A stretch of DNA of 41,546 nucleotides from a virus (lineage: Duplodnaviria; Caudoviricetes). Location of the stretch: positions 1 through 41,546 of the IMG/VR virus record IMGVR_UViG_3300043683_000015, one strand, 5' to 3'. The translations under genes and the position numbers were made by a program. The notes below the pieces were generated by a model. It did not search any database. It saw nothing but the letters and a program-made list of their open reading frames with translations, and was not told the DNA's origin. This document shows positions 1-9,071 of this stretch, piece after piece; position 1 is the stretch's first letter; each line of letters opens with the position of its first letter.

Positions 1-127
1 GGGGTTCCCAGCCACCCCATCGTGCTGCCGCCTGAGCCGCCGCTGGGCACCTGGGGCGGCGTGGCCCCGCCTTTCGTGGACGCTGGGTTCCCGATACCTC
101 CGGGAACGCCCACCCATCCCATCACCC
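1..127 (+). repeat. Terminal direct repeat, left copy (assembly circular overlap)
   Basis: Identical to 41420-41546; 127 is a common assembler k-mer length; lies inside a CDS. Confidence 0.92.
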
Positions 128-321
128 TGCCGCCGGTCGAGCCGGGCGGGCCTCCGGTGCAAATCTGGCCGTCGCCGGGGCATCCAAGCCATCCGATCGT
201 GCTGCCGCCGGCACCGCCGGAAGGCAACAAGCCGCCGCCTGACGGGGGTGGCTGGGGTTATAGTGAAGAGTTCGGATGGGGCTTCTTCCCTATGGGCACC
301 TCGCCCAGCCCGAAGTCGTAG
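1..321 (+). CDS. Pro/His-rich repeat protein, C-terminal part (starts at 41087 across the circular join, 217 aa total)
   Basis: Frame from ATG 41087 continues through 41420 = position 1 to TAG 319-321; P(T/S)HP repeats; aromatic GGWGYSEEFGWGFFP tail. Confidence 0.85.
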   Translation, partial: GVPSHPIVLPPEPPLGTWGGVAPPFVDAGFPIPPGTPTHPITLPPVEPGGPPVQIWPSPGHPSHPIVLPPAPPEGNKPPPDGGGWGYSEEFGWGFFPMGTSPSPKS

Positions 322-349
322 GGCACAATGAGCGAACCGGCGCAGCCTC

Positions 350-616
350 ATGGACTGGGCATTCAAAGCCGCGGCGGCGCTGGTTCCTCTCCTGCTCGGC
401 GCCCTGGTCACGCTGGCGTGGCAGAACAGCCACGCCCTCGTGCTGCTCACGCACGACTACGACGACCTCCGCGTCGATTACGAAAAGACCAAGGCGGCGC
501 TGGAACCTGGCCGCACGATCATGCTCCGCTTCGACATCCACGAACGCGAACTGGCGCACCTGCGCGATCTGGTCGAAACCCGCATGGCTTGCCCCGCGCC
601 GCCTACCCGCCCATGA
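350..616 (+). CDS. Small membrane protein, one N-terminal TM plus coiled coil
   Basis: AAAALVPLLLGALVTLAW hydrophobic segment followed by charged helical region. Confidence 0.6.
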   Translation: MDWAFKAAAALVPLLLGALVTLAWQNSHALVLLTHDYDDLRVDYEKTKAALEPGRTIMLRFDIHERELAHLRDLVETRMACPAPPTRP

Positions 617-639
617 CGGCCACACCATAGAGGCACGGC

Positions 640-1215
640 ATGCAGCACTCCATCACCCTGCCCTATCGCCGCACCTCGCCGGTCCACGTCCCGCGCAGCG
701 ACCTCGTGCTGTCCTCCGCCGATAGCCTGCTATTGACCGTCATCGTCGTCGAGAGCGACCACCCTTCGGCGCAGGCGATCATCCTGACCACCGACGCCAA
801 CGGCCCGGCGATGCAACTGGTGATGTGGGACGACGCCGACTACGGCTACACCTGGGGCGACTACCAGCGCCCATTTGTGCCCGGCCTGATGCTGCAATCC
901 ATCGCAGGCACGCCCGGCAGCGCCATCGGCTCGTGGGATTTCCACATCCCCACCGGCACGTTCTCGGGCTTCCCGCTGCGCTGCGGCTGGGCAATCCTGC
1001 TGCTGTGGGCCGATGGCGCCAAGTCCTCGGTGCTGGCCCAGGGCATCGCTTCGTTCCTGCGGCCGTTCTTTACCGGCACGCCGCTCTCGGCCATCGAACC
1101 CATCCCGCCGATCGATCCGATACCGCCCGGCCCGCCCGCGCATGTTGGCCTGACCACTGACGACCTGCACCCGATCATCACCGACGACGGCGTTCATAAA
1201 CTGGAGACGTCATAA
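640..1215 (+). CDS. Putative virion tail-associated protein
   Basis: GAGG RBS, GC3-rich codons, TAATG coupling to the downstream fibre gene; function inferred from position only. Confidence 0.6.
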   Translation: MQHSITLPYRRTSPVHVPRSDLVLSSADSLLLTVIVVESDHPSAQAIILTTDANGPAMQLVMWDDADYGYTWGDYQRPFVPGLMLQSIAGTPGSAIGSWDFHIPTGTFSGFPLRCGWAILLLWADGAKSSVLAQGIASFLRPFFTGTPLSAIEPIPPIDPIPPGPPAHVGLTTDDLHPIITDDGVHKLETS

Positions 1216-2471
1216 TGTCCGGCAGCAATATCCGCGTCATCGACCTGCCCGACCTGGGCACCGTCACCGATGCCAGCAGCTTTGTCATCGACAAGAACAC
1301 CGCCACCGGACGGTTCTCGGCGCTCGCGGTCAAAACCTACTGCGCCACCACCACGCTGCCCGAGGCGCCCTCGAACAATACGCCGTATGGCAGAATGAAT
1401 GCCGCATGGACCCCGGTGCTGGCCGACGCGCCCTCAAACGGGCTGTCCTATGCCCGCCTCAATGCCACCTGGTCCCCGGTGGTGCCCGAAGCGCCACTCA
1501 CCGGGACAATCTACGGCCGCGGCAGTTCGGGCTGGACTTCGGTGCTGCCGATCTCCGGGGGCACGATCAGCGGCAATCTCGGCACCACCGGCAACATGAC
1601 CGTTGGCAGCAACCTCTACACCAACACCCTCAGTATGTCGTCGGCCAACGGCTACGAATGGATCCACTACGTCTCGGCCGGCAGCGGCGATCACGTCGAG
1701 CAGCATCGCGCCAACTGGTTCCAGGTGTGGACATCCTCAAACGGCACATGGGGTTGGAACTCGCCGAACGGCACCTGCATGACGCTCGACGGCGGTGGCG
1801 CGCTGAGCGTCAAGAGCAACGCCTCGGTCGGCGGCACCCTGGCCGTCACCGGCGATATCAGCGGCGTCGGCGCGTCCTCGTCGATTTCCGTCCCCGGCAA
1901 TATCACCGGCAGCACCGCCGTCTGGAACGTGCCGAATGCGTTCGGCTTCGCTCCCGGCGGGCTGGGCCGGAAATTCTTCTTCGGCGCGGCATATTACTGG
2001 GAGTGGAACCAATCCAGCGGCCAGATGAACTGGGTCAGCAACGGCACCCCGATGTGGAACATGCGCGCATCGGACGGCCTGTGCTTCAATTCCGTCGCGG
2101 CCGTGGGTGGCGTCGGACCCTACCTCAACACGTCCGACCGGCGCACCAAGACGAACATCATGCCGTCCACCAAGGGCCTCACCGAGATCCTGCAACTCCA
2201 GCCGGTCGCCTTCACCCGCGCCGATCCCACCACCGGGGCACAGGACGAAATCGGCTTCGTCGCCCAGGACGTGCAGCCGATCGTCCCCGAGGCCGTGTGG
2301 CAGGCGGGCATTCCGCTGAAGGATGGCACCGGCGGCCTCGATACCGGCGACCCGACGCTGGCGATCTCCGAAAGCACCATCGCCGCCATCAGCGTCAACG
2401 CGATCAAGGAACTGAACAACCTCATCACCGCGCTCACCGCCCGCATCGCGGCGCTGGAGGGCACGCCCTAG
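1215..2471 (+). CDS. Tail fibre/spike with foldon-like repeats and C-terminal intramolecular chaperone (peptidase S74) domain
   Basis: SDRRTKTNI cleavage motif, LQPVAF, IGFVAQDV, VNAIKEL, terminal coiled coil; N-terminal PEAP...Y.R...W repeats. Confidence 0.88.
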   Translation: MSGSNIRVIDLPDLGTVTDASSFVIDKNTATGRFSALAVKTYCATTTLPEAPSNNTPYGRMNAAWTPVLADAPSNGLSYARLNATWSPVVPEAPLTGTIYGRGSSGWTSVLPISGGTISGNLGTTGNMTVGSNLYTNTLSMSSANGYEWIHYVSAGSGDHVEQHRANWFQVWTSSNGTWGWNSPNGTCMTLDGGGALSVKSNASVGGTLAVTGDISGVGASSSISVPGNITGSTAVWNVPNAFGFAPGGLGRKFFFGAAYYWEWNQSSGQMNWVSNGTPMWNMRASDGLCFNSVAAVGGVGPYLNTSDRRTKTNIMPSTKGLTEILQLQPVAFTRADPTTGAQDEIGFVAQDVQPIVPEAVWQAGIPLKDGTGGLDTGDPTLAISESTIAAISVNAIKELNNLITALTARIAALEGTP

Positions 2472-3988
2472 TGTCCGACGCCCTCACCGCACTGCGGACG
2501 GCGCTATCCCCCAAGGTCGGGATGCGGCGCATTCCGTTCCCGCTGGAGAGCTACGAACATCCGTCAAGGCCGCTGTCGGCCAAGCGGCTCGTGAACCTCA
2601 TGGCCGAGCAGCAGCCCGCCGATGCCCGCACCGCCGCAGCCTTGGTCTCGACGCCAACGCTCCAGGCTTGGGACGCCGCCGCCGGGGGCGCGGGCGCCAT
2701 CGGCACCGGCCCGATCCTGGCCATGAACGACGAAGTGCCCGGCGTGATCTACATCGCCAGCGGCACCAAGTTCTACCGCATGCGGTTCTCGCCCACCGGC
2801 GTGCCCACCGTGGAAATGCTCGCCGATGTCGGCACCGCGGACGCTGGCACCAGCCCATGGAACTCGTTTGTTACCATCGCCGCCGGACCCACCGCCTGCG
2901 TCGTCTGCGTCGCACCCCGCGCCTATACCTGCACCCATCTGCCCGGCGATCCGCTGCACCAGATCACCGATCCGGATTTCCCCGGCGCCTCGTCGGTCTG
3001 CTACGTCGATGGGTATTTCGCCTTCTCGGCCCTCGGCGACACCGCCATGTGGTTCATCTCGCGTGTGCTCGATCCGTCATCCTTCGATGCGCTTGATTTC
3101 GTCTTCTCGGACGCGACGCCGAATGTCATCCGCCGGGTGATCAGCCATCGCGGCCAGGTCTGGACCATCGGCGAGAGCGGCATGGAAGTTTGGTACAACG
3201 CGGGCAAATCGGGGCTGGAAACCACGCCCGGGACGTCGTTCTTCCCGTTCCGCCGCGCCGCGGGCGGCGTGATACCCATCGGCACCGGCTCGCCCATGGC
3301 CGTCTGCAAGGCGGACCAGTCGGTCTGGTGGGTCGGCCTCGATGGGCTGGTCTGGCGCTCCGAGGGCTATAACCCGAAGCGGGTTTCCACCTATGCCATA
3401 GAGGCCATCATCGGCATCGGCATGGTCGCCATGACCGCGTTTACCTTTCCCTATCGCGGCCACTGGTTCTATTGCCTGACCACCAACGACAGCAGCCGCA
3501 CCCTGGTCTATGACGTCGCCACCGGCGCCTGGCACGAGCGCGCCACCAGCACGGACGGCACCGGGCCCTGGAAGGCGGCAACGGCGGCGGCGGACAACAA
3601 CAGCCTGCACCTGCTCGGCGACCGCACCACGGGGATGCTTTACACGCTCAGCATGTACGTGAACGACGCGGGCGTGGCAGTCATCCGCCAGGCGACCTTG
3701 CCGACGATCTGGGCCTCTACCGACCGCGCCTTCTGCTCGCGCATCGAGATTGAGATGGAAAGCGGCGGCTCGGCAGGGCCGGGCGCGGTGCAACTTGAAT
3801 GGAGCGACGACGGCGCGCGGACGTGGAAGGCCCCGCGCAGCATGTCGGCGGGCGCCTCCGGGGATTACACACACAGGGTCTACACCACCCGGCTGGGGTC
3901 ATTCCGCCAGCGGACTTTCAGGATTACAACGCACGGGGTCTCGCGGCTGTACGGAATGGACGCCGACATCATCCCCGGATCATCCTGA
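2471..3988 (+). CDS. Packaged-DNA stabilisation / tail nozzle protein (P22 gp10-like)
   Basis: GTG overlapping upstream TAG; YVDGYF, EVWYN, RVSTYAIE, TLVYD...WHER, LEWSDDGARTW, RLGSFRQR motifs. Confidence 0.85.
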   Translation: MSDALTALRTALSPKVGMRRIPFPLESYEHPSRPLSAKRLVNLMAEQQPADARTAAALVSTPTLQAWDAAAGGAGAIGTGPILAMNDEVPGVIYIASGTKFYRMRFSPTGVPTVEMLADVGTADAGTSPWNSFVTIAAGPTACVVCVAPRAYTCTHLPGDPLHQITDPDFPGASSVCYVDGYFAFSALGDTAMWFISRVLDPSSFDALDFVFSDATPNVIRRVISHRGQVWTIGESGMEVWYNAGKSGLETTPGTSFFPFRRAAGGVIPIGTGSPMAVCKADQSVWWVGLDGLVWRSEGYNPKRVSTYAIEAIIGIGMVAMTAFTFPYRGHWFYCLTTNDSSRTLVYDVATGAWHERATSTDGTGPWKAATAAADNNSLHLLGDRTTGMLYTLSMYVNDAGVAVIRQATLPTIWASTDRAFCSRIEIEMESGGSAGPGAVQLEWSDDGARTWKAPRSMSAGASGDYTHRVYTTRLGSFRQRTFRITTHGVSRLYGMDADIIPGSS

Positions 3989-4506
3989 TGGCCACCGCAC
4001 CGCGCCTCATCGAGCCGCCGTTCTACGATCCGCCGATCGCCGATTTCGCGTCCGGCCAGCAGCACTCGCAGGCGTGGACGGAATATCACCAGGCAGTGGC
4101 CGACCGGCTGGCCGCCATCACCGACGCGGGGGTCACGGACGGCTCCGAGGCAACGGCGGGCGACGTGGGCGAATACATGACCGCCGGCAGTGCCGCCGCG
4201 GCGATCAGCTCCGGCGTCGTGACCAACATCGTGGCCCTCAACCTGACGCCGGGCGATTGGGACGTGTCCGGCTTCGTCGCGTTCACGGCCGGCGCCGGGA
4301 CGCATACCTATTTCGGCGTGGGCATCAGCGTCATCGATACCAGCATCACCGCCACCTATCCGGCCTCGGCGATCAACCAGGTGCTGCCGACCACCATTCA
4401 CCGGATCAACATCACCGCCGCCACTGCGGTCTGGCTGGTGGCCCAGGCGGGCTTTACCGGCACCATGACGGCGGCCGGATCAATCCGCGGGCGGCGGGCG
4501 CGCTAG
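3988..4506 (+). CDS. Putative tail needle/tip protein
   Basis: TGATG coupling; position after gp10-like gene; beta-rich C-terminus LNLTPGDWDVSG. Confidence 0.5.
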   Translation: MATAPRLIEPPFYDPPIADFASGQQHSQAWTEYHQAVADRLAAITDAGVTDGSEATAGDVGEYMTAGSAAAAISSGVVTNIVALNLTPGDWDVSGFVAFTAGAGTHTYFGVGISVIDTSITATYPASAINQVLPTTIHRINITAATAVWLVAQAGFTGTMTAAGSIRGRRAR

Positions 4507-5055
4507 ATGCGACAGTTTCTCAAGATCGCCGAGGGCATCGAGACGCTGCCGCTGCGGCTGGAGCTGGCGCGAAACGAGCAGCTATGGGACCAGCGGCCCG
4601 ATCGGCGCCTCTATCCCGGCACGCCGCACGCGGCCATGACCGACATCACCGTGCGCTATATGCCCGAGGCCGACCTGACCGACCTTGAGGTCCGGCGGGG
4701 CGAGCATCGCAACGTCTTCTGGCCCGCCTGGCACGCCCTGCCCGCGCTGCGCCCGGTGGTGTTCGGCCTGATGACGCGGGTGCAGGCTGTAGAGCTGGGA
4801 TCAGTGCTGCTGACACGCCTTCCGCCGGGCAAGAGTATCGAGCCGCACAGCGACGCCGGCAACTGGGCGCCTGAGTTTTACACGACAAAGGCACACTGGA
4901 CGGTGCAGGGCTCGGCGCTGGTGAAATGCGAGGACGAGCAGTGCTGGTTTCAGACCGGATCAGTCTGGACTTTTGATAATCTGCTGATCCACAGCGTCGA
5001 GAATCAGGGCGACGAAGACCGGATCAGTGTCATTGTGAGTATGCGCTGTGAATAA
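4507..5055 (+). CDS. Aspartyl/asparaginyl beta-hydroxylase-like 2OG-Fe(II) oxygenase
   Basis: LTRLPPGKSIEPHSD (HxD), WTFDNLLIHSVEN (distal His), DRISVIV (2OG-binding Arg). Confidence 0.82.
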   Translation: MRQFLKIAEGIETLPLRLELARNEQLWDQRPDRRLYPGTPHAAMTDITVRYMPEADLTDLEVRRGEHRNVFWPAWHALPALRPVVFGLMTRVQAVELGSVLLTRLPPGKSIEPHSDAGNWAPEFYTTKAHWTVQGSALVKCEDEQCWFQTGSVWTFDNLLIHSVENQGDEDRISVIVSMRCE

Positions 5056-5056
5056 C

Positions 5057-5581
5057 CTATTTGGACCTTGCAAACTCGCCGAAGAGCAGTCGCGCGACTC
5101 TGTCGTAGGCTGCCGTGGCCTCTTCGATGGTATCGAACGTGCCGATCCCGATCTTGACATTGAACCGCCCGCGATTGCGATAAACCCCCTTGGGTTCTGT
5201 CTTCCCCACTCTGGCGATCTTGTTCATGCAGTTTTGAGCATGGGTGGCATCTCTCAAGTTGGCAATCCTATTGTCGTGCCGGATGCCGTTGACGTGGTCT
5301 ATCTTTTGGATTGGATCGCGCCCCGTAGCCATCTTCCAGACAATCCGATGAGCAAGAAAATGCCTTCTGCACCATTGGATTCGGACATAACCGTTTTGCC
5401 CTCGCGTGCCGGCGGGCTGACCTGTGTATTTTATGCGCTGAGAGGCTCGCCAGTAAGGTTGATCACGCCAGAACAGAATGCCGGCTTCGGCATCAATGTC
5501 GAAGCACGACCGGAGTTGCTCCAATGATGGTAGACCAGTTTCCAATGTCGGTTGTTGGGGTCTAAACATGAGATCAGGCAT
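5057..5581 (-). CDS. Free-standing HNH homing endonuclease with AP2-like C-terminus
   Basis: AHRIVW, IDHVNGIRHDNRIANLR, KGVY, GTFDTIEEATAAY; lower GC; inverted within the late operon. Confidence 0.9.
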   Translation of the reverse strand: MPDLMFRPQQPTLETGLPSLEQLRSCFDIDAEAGILFWRDQPYWRASQRIKYTGQPAGTRGQNGYVRIQWCRRHFLAHRIVWKMATGRDPIQKIDHVNGIRHDNRIANLRDATHAQNCMNKIARVGKTEPKGVYRNRGRFNVKIGIGTFDTIEEATAAYDRVARLLFGEFARSK

Positions 5582-5678
5582 CGCGCGCTCCTTCCCGAGC
5601 CGTGGTGTTCAGGGCCAGCGCCGCGTTTCCAGCGCGACGTTGGTCCGCTCCCTTGTAGCACATAGGGGAATGAAAGCC

Positions 5679-6023
5679 ATGCAGCGCGCAGAACATCAGC
5701 CTGAAACTATCAGTGTCACGACCTATGCTGGGATTTATTACAAAGTATGGTACGTCGTCGATGCTGGAACAATTATACCCCAACATAGTCACGAATTTCC
5801 GCACCTAACCGCGCTGATGTCCGGCGCGGTGGAAGTCTCGCGCGACGGCAAGGCGCCGCATACCTACAAAGCGCCGGCAACGATCGAGATCCCGGCCGGC
5901 TGCAAGCACGCCTTCCGCACGCTGATGCCGCATTGCGTGTTCGCGTGCATTCACAACGCCGATCGCCTGGAGGACGGCGAGCCGGCCGTCCGCGAGGAAC
6001 ACCATCTCGTAGAGGAGGACTAG
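5679..6023 (+). CDS. Cupin-domain protein
   Basis: PQHSHEFPHLT and IPAGCKHAF cupin motifs; AGGGGA RBS before ATG 5679. Confidence 0.8.
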   Translation: MQRAEHQPETISVTTYAGIYYKVWYVVDAGTIIPQHSHEFPHLTALMSGAVEVSRDGKAPHTYKAPATIEIPAGCKHAFRTLMPHCVFACIHNADRLEDGEPAVREEHHLVEED

Positions 6024-6025
6024 AC

Positions 6026-6688
6026 ATGCCGTGGGCGCTCGCCGCCGCAGGCGTTACCGCCGCGGGCGGATTGATCAGCAGCAAGATGCAGTCGGATACT
6101 GCGGAGCGCGGGCAGGACATCGCGCAGCAGCAATTCCAGCAGCAGCGCACCGATACTGCGCCATGGCGCACGGCCGGGGGGCAGGCGCTCGGCGGCGCCA
6201 CCGATCTGCTCGGCCTCAACGGGCCGGATGCGGCGGCTGCCGCCATGGGCCGCTACACCGCCTCGCCGGGCTACCAGTGGCAGCTAAACGAGGGGCTGCG
6301 CGCGGTCGATGCAGGAGCCGCAGCGCAGGGGATGCTGCGCTCCGGGGCGACGCTGAAAGCGGAACAGGAGTTCGGCCAGGGCCTGGCGAACCAGGATTTC
6401 AGCAATTATTACAACAGACTATATGGACTGTCCCAGCTCGGCGGGAATGTCGCAGTGCAAGGGGCGACGAATGCCTCGGGTGCGGCAACTGCGGCACTCG
6501 GCGGCGCCAACGCGCAGAACAGCATCACCGGCAATCTCAGTCAGGGCCTCACATCGAGCGCCAACCAACTGCTGACCAATCCGGACTTCAAGAGTTGGGC
6601 AAAGGGCGTGTGGAGCGGCACCGGCAATTCCGGCCAGGCGGGATTACTATCGCCCACCGATCCCGGATACATCGCCCCAGTTTATTGA
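6026..6688 (+). CDS. Ejection/DNA transfer protein (P22 gp7-like)
   Basis: GAGGA RBS; N-terminal Ala/Gly hydrophobic segment; SPGYQW, AAAQGMLRSGATLKA, GQGLA.Q.F.NY.NRL motifs. Confidence 0.8.
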   Translation: MPWALAAAGVTAAGGLISSKMQSDTAERGQDIAQQQFQQQRTDTAPWRTAGGQALGGATDLLGLNGPDAAAAAMGRYTASPGYQWQLNEGLRAVDAGAAAQGMLRSGATLKAEQEFGQGLANQDFSNYYNRLYGLSQLGGNVAVQGATNASGAATAALGGANAQNSITGNLSQGLTSSANQLLTNPDFKSWAKGVWSGTGNSGQAGLLSPTDPGYIAPVY

Positions 6689-6697
6689 GGACATCCC

Positions 6698-9070
6698 ATG
6701 TCCGGCGCGCAGACTTCCCCGTTTCCCGACTACAACCAGTTGATGGCGGCGAACGCGCAGAACATCGCCAATGCCTACGCCCCCGAGCGCAACCGGCTGT
6801 TCGTCCAGCAGGCGGCGCAGGAGGCGGGCGCGCGGGAAATGACGGCGATGGCAAACGCCTCGCAAGGGCTGCTGTCGCTGCCGGATGAGGCAACCCGTGC
6901 CCAGGCATATCCCGAGGTCGTGCGCTACATGCAGAGCCTAGGCTTTGCCAAGAACGCGCCGCCGACCTATCCCGGCGAGCAGGCGTTGCAGCAGATCCGG
7001 GCGCGCGGTCTGCCGGTCGAACAGCAGTTCAACCTGGGAATTGCGGGAGGGTCCGCCCTCTCGGACCAACTGCTGAAGCTCTACACCGGCGGCGGCGTGG
7101 GAACAGGGACGGCGGCAACGGGAGCGTCTGGAGACGTAGGCCCGGCCGTCCCGCGCGATCCCAAAGCCCCCACCATCGGCCAGCAGGCCAACAATCCTGG
7201 CAATCTCAGCACCGGCGTTCCCGGCAGCACCGGCTTCATCACCGCAGCGGACGGGCAGAAGGTTGGCGTCTTTCCCGACGTGCCGACCGGCGTGGCAGCG
7301 CATGCCTACCAGCTTGCCCGCTATGCGGGACAGGGCATCAACACGGTGCAGGATGCGGTCAACCGCTGGGTCAGCAACCCGTCCGCCAACACCGCGCCGT
7401 ATGTCGCCGCCGTCAGCAAGGCGCTCGGGGTCGGGCCTGGCGATAAGATCAACCTCGCCGATCCGGCCGTGCAGAAGGCTTTCATCCTGGCGCAGCAGCC
7501 CTACGAGAGCGGCAGGCCATGGCTCAACCCGGCAGATGTGGATGCTGGCATCGCGTTGGCGAGCAGTCCCAACTTCGGCAAGGGCGTGGCGGCGCGGACG
7601 GGTGGAACGAACTTCGCAGGCCCCGGTGTGCCAACCGGCCCCACGGCACCCGCCCCGGCAGTTCCAGCACCCACGGCGCCCGCCCCTGTGCCCACAGCCC
7701 CGCCCGGTCCTGTGGCGGCGGGTGGCACCGTGGCCGAGCAGCCGGGCAACCAGCCCCTGATCAACCAGCTAACGTCCGTGGGCGGGGCACCGCCCGCAAT
7801 CGCCGCGCCAGTCGTGGCGGCGCCAGCAGTGCCAGCGCCCGCAGTGCCTGCCCCGCCAGCACCGCCCGCACCCACCTCGCCGCAACCCCAGCCAACAGCT
7901 ACGGCAACTCTGCCGCACGCCAGCGAGGTGCCGACCGGCATGGCCCGCCCGCAGGCACAGCAGGCACAGGCGTTGCTCGCGCGCGCGGCCCAGATCGAAA
8001 TGCTGGCAGCCCAGGCGCCGCACGATCTGCGCGCGCAGGCAACGGCGAAGGCAATGGCGGCCGATCTGAAGACAAAGGCCCAGATGCTGTTGCAGGCCGA
8101 GAACGTGGTGCAGACCCAGGAAGGCCAGCTGGACACGCTCACTGGCAAGATCACCGAGACGGCCAAGCCGTTGGCCAATTATCGCGAGACCTCCCCCGGC
8201 TCCGGCATCTGGATCGGCGGCCCCGGCACCGAGCCGAAGTTCCAGCCGCCTGGGCGGCTGGTGGTATCGCCCGATGGCACGGTGTGGCAGACCGGCGTGG
8301 GCGGCGCTACGGTTCTGTCGCCCTCCGATCCCGTGGCCATCGGAGCACGCAAGGCGGCGGAAGCGGCAGGCACCGCGGCGGGTCAGGCGAGCGGAAAGCT
8401 GCCATCTCAACTCGCCGATCAGGGCCGCAACTCGGCGCAGGCGATCGGCAACATCGATTACGGATTGAGCCAGCTTGAAAAGGCCAAGGCGGCCGGCATC
8501 AACACCGGATATTTCGCGCCGTGGCTCGGCACGGTAGCGGCCATCGGCAAGTCCTTGGGTATCAGCCCATCGCTCATCGGCGTCGATCCTGCCGCGGTGG
8601 GCAATATCCAGACCGCGCAGAAGACGCTCGCGGTGGTCTCGGGTGCGATCTTGCAACAGGTGCTCGGCAGTGGCTCGCAGATTACCGACGCGAAAATACA
8701 GCATTTCATCCACGCGCAGCCCGGCATCGAGACCGACCCGGATGCCGTCAATCGCGTGTTGAACTGGGCGCGCTCGCAGTTCGTCTATGAGCGGGAAATG
8801 GCCCAGGCGGGGATGAAGGATGCAAGCGCAACCGGGATACTGCCGCCCGGCTGGCAAGCCAAGTATTACGCCGAGCACGGTTTTGCGCCGATCTACAATC
8901 CTGAAACCGGGCACATGGAACAACCGGAGGGCAGGGAACCAAGCCGGGAGGCGCAAAAAACCGTTGAGACAGCGCCGGTCAATCCGGCAAACCGCCAGGC
9001 TGGGACAATTTATTCGACGCCCAAGGGGCCGATGAAGTGGACCGGCTCCGGCTGGATACCGGTGCAATAG
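6698..9070 (+). CDS. Large ejection/internal virion protein with NNPGN lysozyme-like domain
   Basis: GAGGA RBS; ANNPGNL...VFPD...GV...Y...GINTV...W...Y...VS motif set; Pro/Ala linker; position after gp7-like gene. Confidence 0.7.
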   Translation: MSGAQTSPFPDYNQLMAANAQNIANAYAPERNRLFVQQAAQEAGAREMTAMANASQGLLSLPDEATRAQAYPEVVRYMQSLGFAKNAPPTYPGEQALQQIRARGLPVEQQFNLGIAGGSALSDQLLKLYTGGGVGTGTAATGASGDVGPAVPRDPKAPTIGQQANNPGNLSTGVPGSTGFITAADGQKVGVFPDVPTGVAAHAYQLARYAGQGINTVQDAVNRWVSNPSANTAPYVAAVSKALGVGPGDKINLADPAVQKAFILAQQPYESGRPWLNPADVDAGIALASSPNFGKGVAARTGGTNFAGPGVPTGPTAPAPAVPAPTAPAPVPTAPPGPVAAGGTVAEQPGNQPLINQLTSVGGAPPAIAAPVVAAPAVPAPAVPAPPAPPAPTSPQPQPTATATLPHASEVPTGMARPQAQQAQALLARAAQIEMLAAQAPHDLRAQATAKAMAADLKTKAQMLLQAENVVQTQEGQLDTLTGKITETAKPLANYRETSPGSGIWIGGPGTEPKFQPPGRLVVSPDGTVWQTGVGGATVLSPSDPVAIGARKAAEAAGTAAGQASGKLPSQLADQGRNSAQAIGNIDYGLSQLEKAKAAGINTGYFAPWLGTVAAIGKSLGISPSLIGVDPAAVGNIQTAQKTLAVVSGAILQQVLGSGSQITDAKIQHFIHAQPGIETDPDAVNRVLNWARSQFVYEREMAQAGMKDASATGILPPGWQAKYYAEHGFAPIYNPETGHMEQPEGREPSREAQKTVETAPVNPANRQAGTIYSTPKGPMKWTGSGWIPVQ

Positions 9071-9071
9071 C

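Noticed and set aside
1-127. Physical direct terminal repeat of the virion DNA
   Set aside because: Length equals a common assembly k-mer and it falls mid-CDS; best explained as circular overlap
1406-2470. N-terminal extension of the 860-aa ORF
   Set aside because: Arg-rich off-frame shadow of the fibre gene; the protein-like part begins at GTG 2471
5048-5527. 159-aa plus-strand ORF antisense to the HNH gene
   Set aside because: No motifs; the opposite strand has a clear HNH; treated as shadow ORF
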